Source of the DNA: Callorhinchus milii
Taxonomy: Eukaryota
Reading direction: 5' to 3'
DNA length: 64,000 nucleotides
NCBI RefSeq assembly: GCF_018977255.1
Contig: NW_024704742.1
Coordinates: 54,562,001-54,626,000, forward strand
Made by a program: the position numbers and the translations under genes. Shown here in pieces: positions 62,667-64,000 of this stretch. Within the stretch, counting starts at the first letter, position 1, and each line of letters opens with the position of its first letter. The notes below the pieces were generated by a model. It was not told where the DNA came from and searched no databases. It saw only the letters and a program-made list of their open reading frames with translations.

Positions 62667-63075
62667 ACAAGATCACAAAAGATTGATTCAGATGAAGAAG
62701 GCCCTTCAGGCTATTTGATCTCATCCTTCCAGAATACCCAACCTACCATCTTCTCGTCACAGCATCAAGCTGTTTTTTTAAATGAATCCAGTGTCCTGGC
62801 CTCAATCACCCTTTCTGGTAACCTGTCCCTGTCATTAGTTATCCTCTGTGTAAAGAAATACTTCCTGGGGTATGTCCTGAAATTATCCTTTGCAATCCTA
62901 AACTTGTATGCTCTTCTTCTGCTGTCTCAGAGCATTCAAAAATATTTTTCTGTGTTTCCGTTCTCAATCCTAATTAAAATCTTGTATACCTCTGAGACAT
63001 CTGCTTTCAAAACTAAAAAACCATCAACTTGACTAATTATTGATCATAGCTCATTTCCTTAACACTGTCACCAGT
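62667..63075 (-). mobile_element. CR1 3' end (same family as 35312-36297)
   Basis: Minus strand CCAGGAAGTATTTCTTTACACAGAGGATAACTAATGAC...GGATGAGATCAAAT. Confidence 0.85.
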
Positions 63076-64000
63076 TTCCTTGTAGGGCAGACAAAGAAAG
63101 GGGGGTGGGGGCTGCACTTCATTTAGTTGGTCAAAATGAAATGCTTTTTGGTCTAATTTTCTTCTCCCTTGGACATATAGCACTTGGGGGAAGGGAGCTT
63201 TTCGGTTCCATTACTCCATTCATCCTGTTTGCCTCAGGGTTCGAAAATGTATTGAATGATTGCTGGCAGATTCCCATTGTAACATAGAAACACATTAAAT
63301 GAATTATTTAAAATATTTACGTCTGCTGCACAGATTTACGCTCTCAGTTATATATAGCTAGATTCCACATATCACAACATAGTCGCTGGTAAAATAGCAT
63401 CATATATTAACATAAGAGGAGCCAAAGAGAACATTGCCTAAATGTTGGCCCTTAATCAACTCCAAATTGTCTGCTTATTGCACAGTTGCTAAAACACAGG
63501 ATTAGCAGCTCCAGGGAAATTAGGGGCTATTTTAGCAACATGGTGAAGAAAATCTTTCCTGAATCTTTCAGTAAGCGAACAATTGTTTCTAACATCACAT
63601 CAATGTTACTTAATCACAGGCAGCATTTGAAATACAGTAGCAAGCAATTTTGCATGTTATCCAGAATAATGTATGACGTTGTTCTACATTATGTTTCGTG
63701 GATGGATAGATAGGACCCTAAAAGCAATTATTATATACACAATATAGTATGGGCAAAAAATGCTAATATTTTATAACAGGAACATTTCTCAGCTTTGGCA
63801 TAATGATTGGGTGCAAAAATCTCTCAAGCTCCTAATCAAGAACAGTACATGATTTGAACAACACAATATAGTGATAACTCAACTGATAGCCCATAAAGCA
63901 TCTCTCTGATGCTCATAAAGAAGAATTAGGTGCTAGGGCAAGATGACAGCTGAACAGTTATAAAAGTGTTGCATTTGTCAGCCCTATTGCTTTTACAGAA

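Overview
Eukaryotic, AT-rich, repeat-dense non-coding DNA: a large intron or gene desert. The repeat inventory (tRNA-Ala-headed and older tRNA-headed DeuSINE-type SINEs, L2 and several CR1 LINE families, a Penelope terminal fragment) points to a cartilaginous fish, probably a chimaera; this is an inference from remembered family sequences, not a database result. I found no host protein-coding gene I can support. Every ORF with recognisable homology is a decayed retrotransposon ORF2 remnant, and the rest look like chance ORFs. I found no convincing new multi-gene system. The most interesting items are: (1) a local duplication whose two copies are each other's empty-site controls for three insertions, including a 113-bp TA-flanked MITE; (2) a Penelope-type fragment with a decayed minimal hammerhead ribozyme and a 13-bp TSD; (3) five copies of an old LINE whose ORF end looks RTEX-like and which has a long 3' region; (4) a SINE subfamily series whose tail converges on the local L2 tail; (5) a 39-bp-arm hairpin created inside a SINE; (6) a ~250-bp foldback MITE family; (7) template-switch rearrangements inside CR1 and L2 copies; (8) candidate micro-exons and enhancer-like repeat-free blocks. 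Boundaries of old repeats are approximate (about 10-30 bp); TSD and hairpin coordinates were counted directly.
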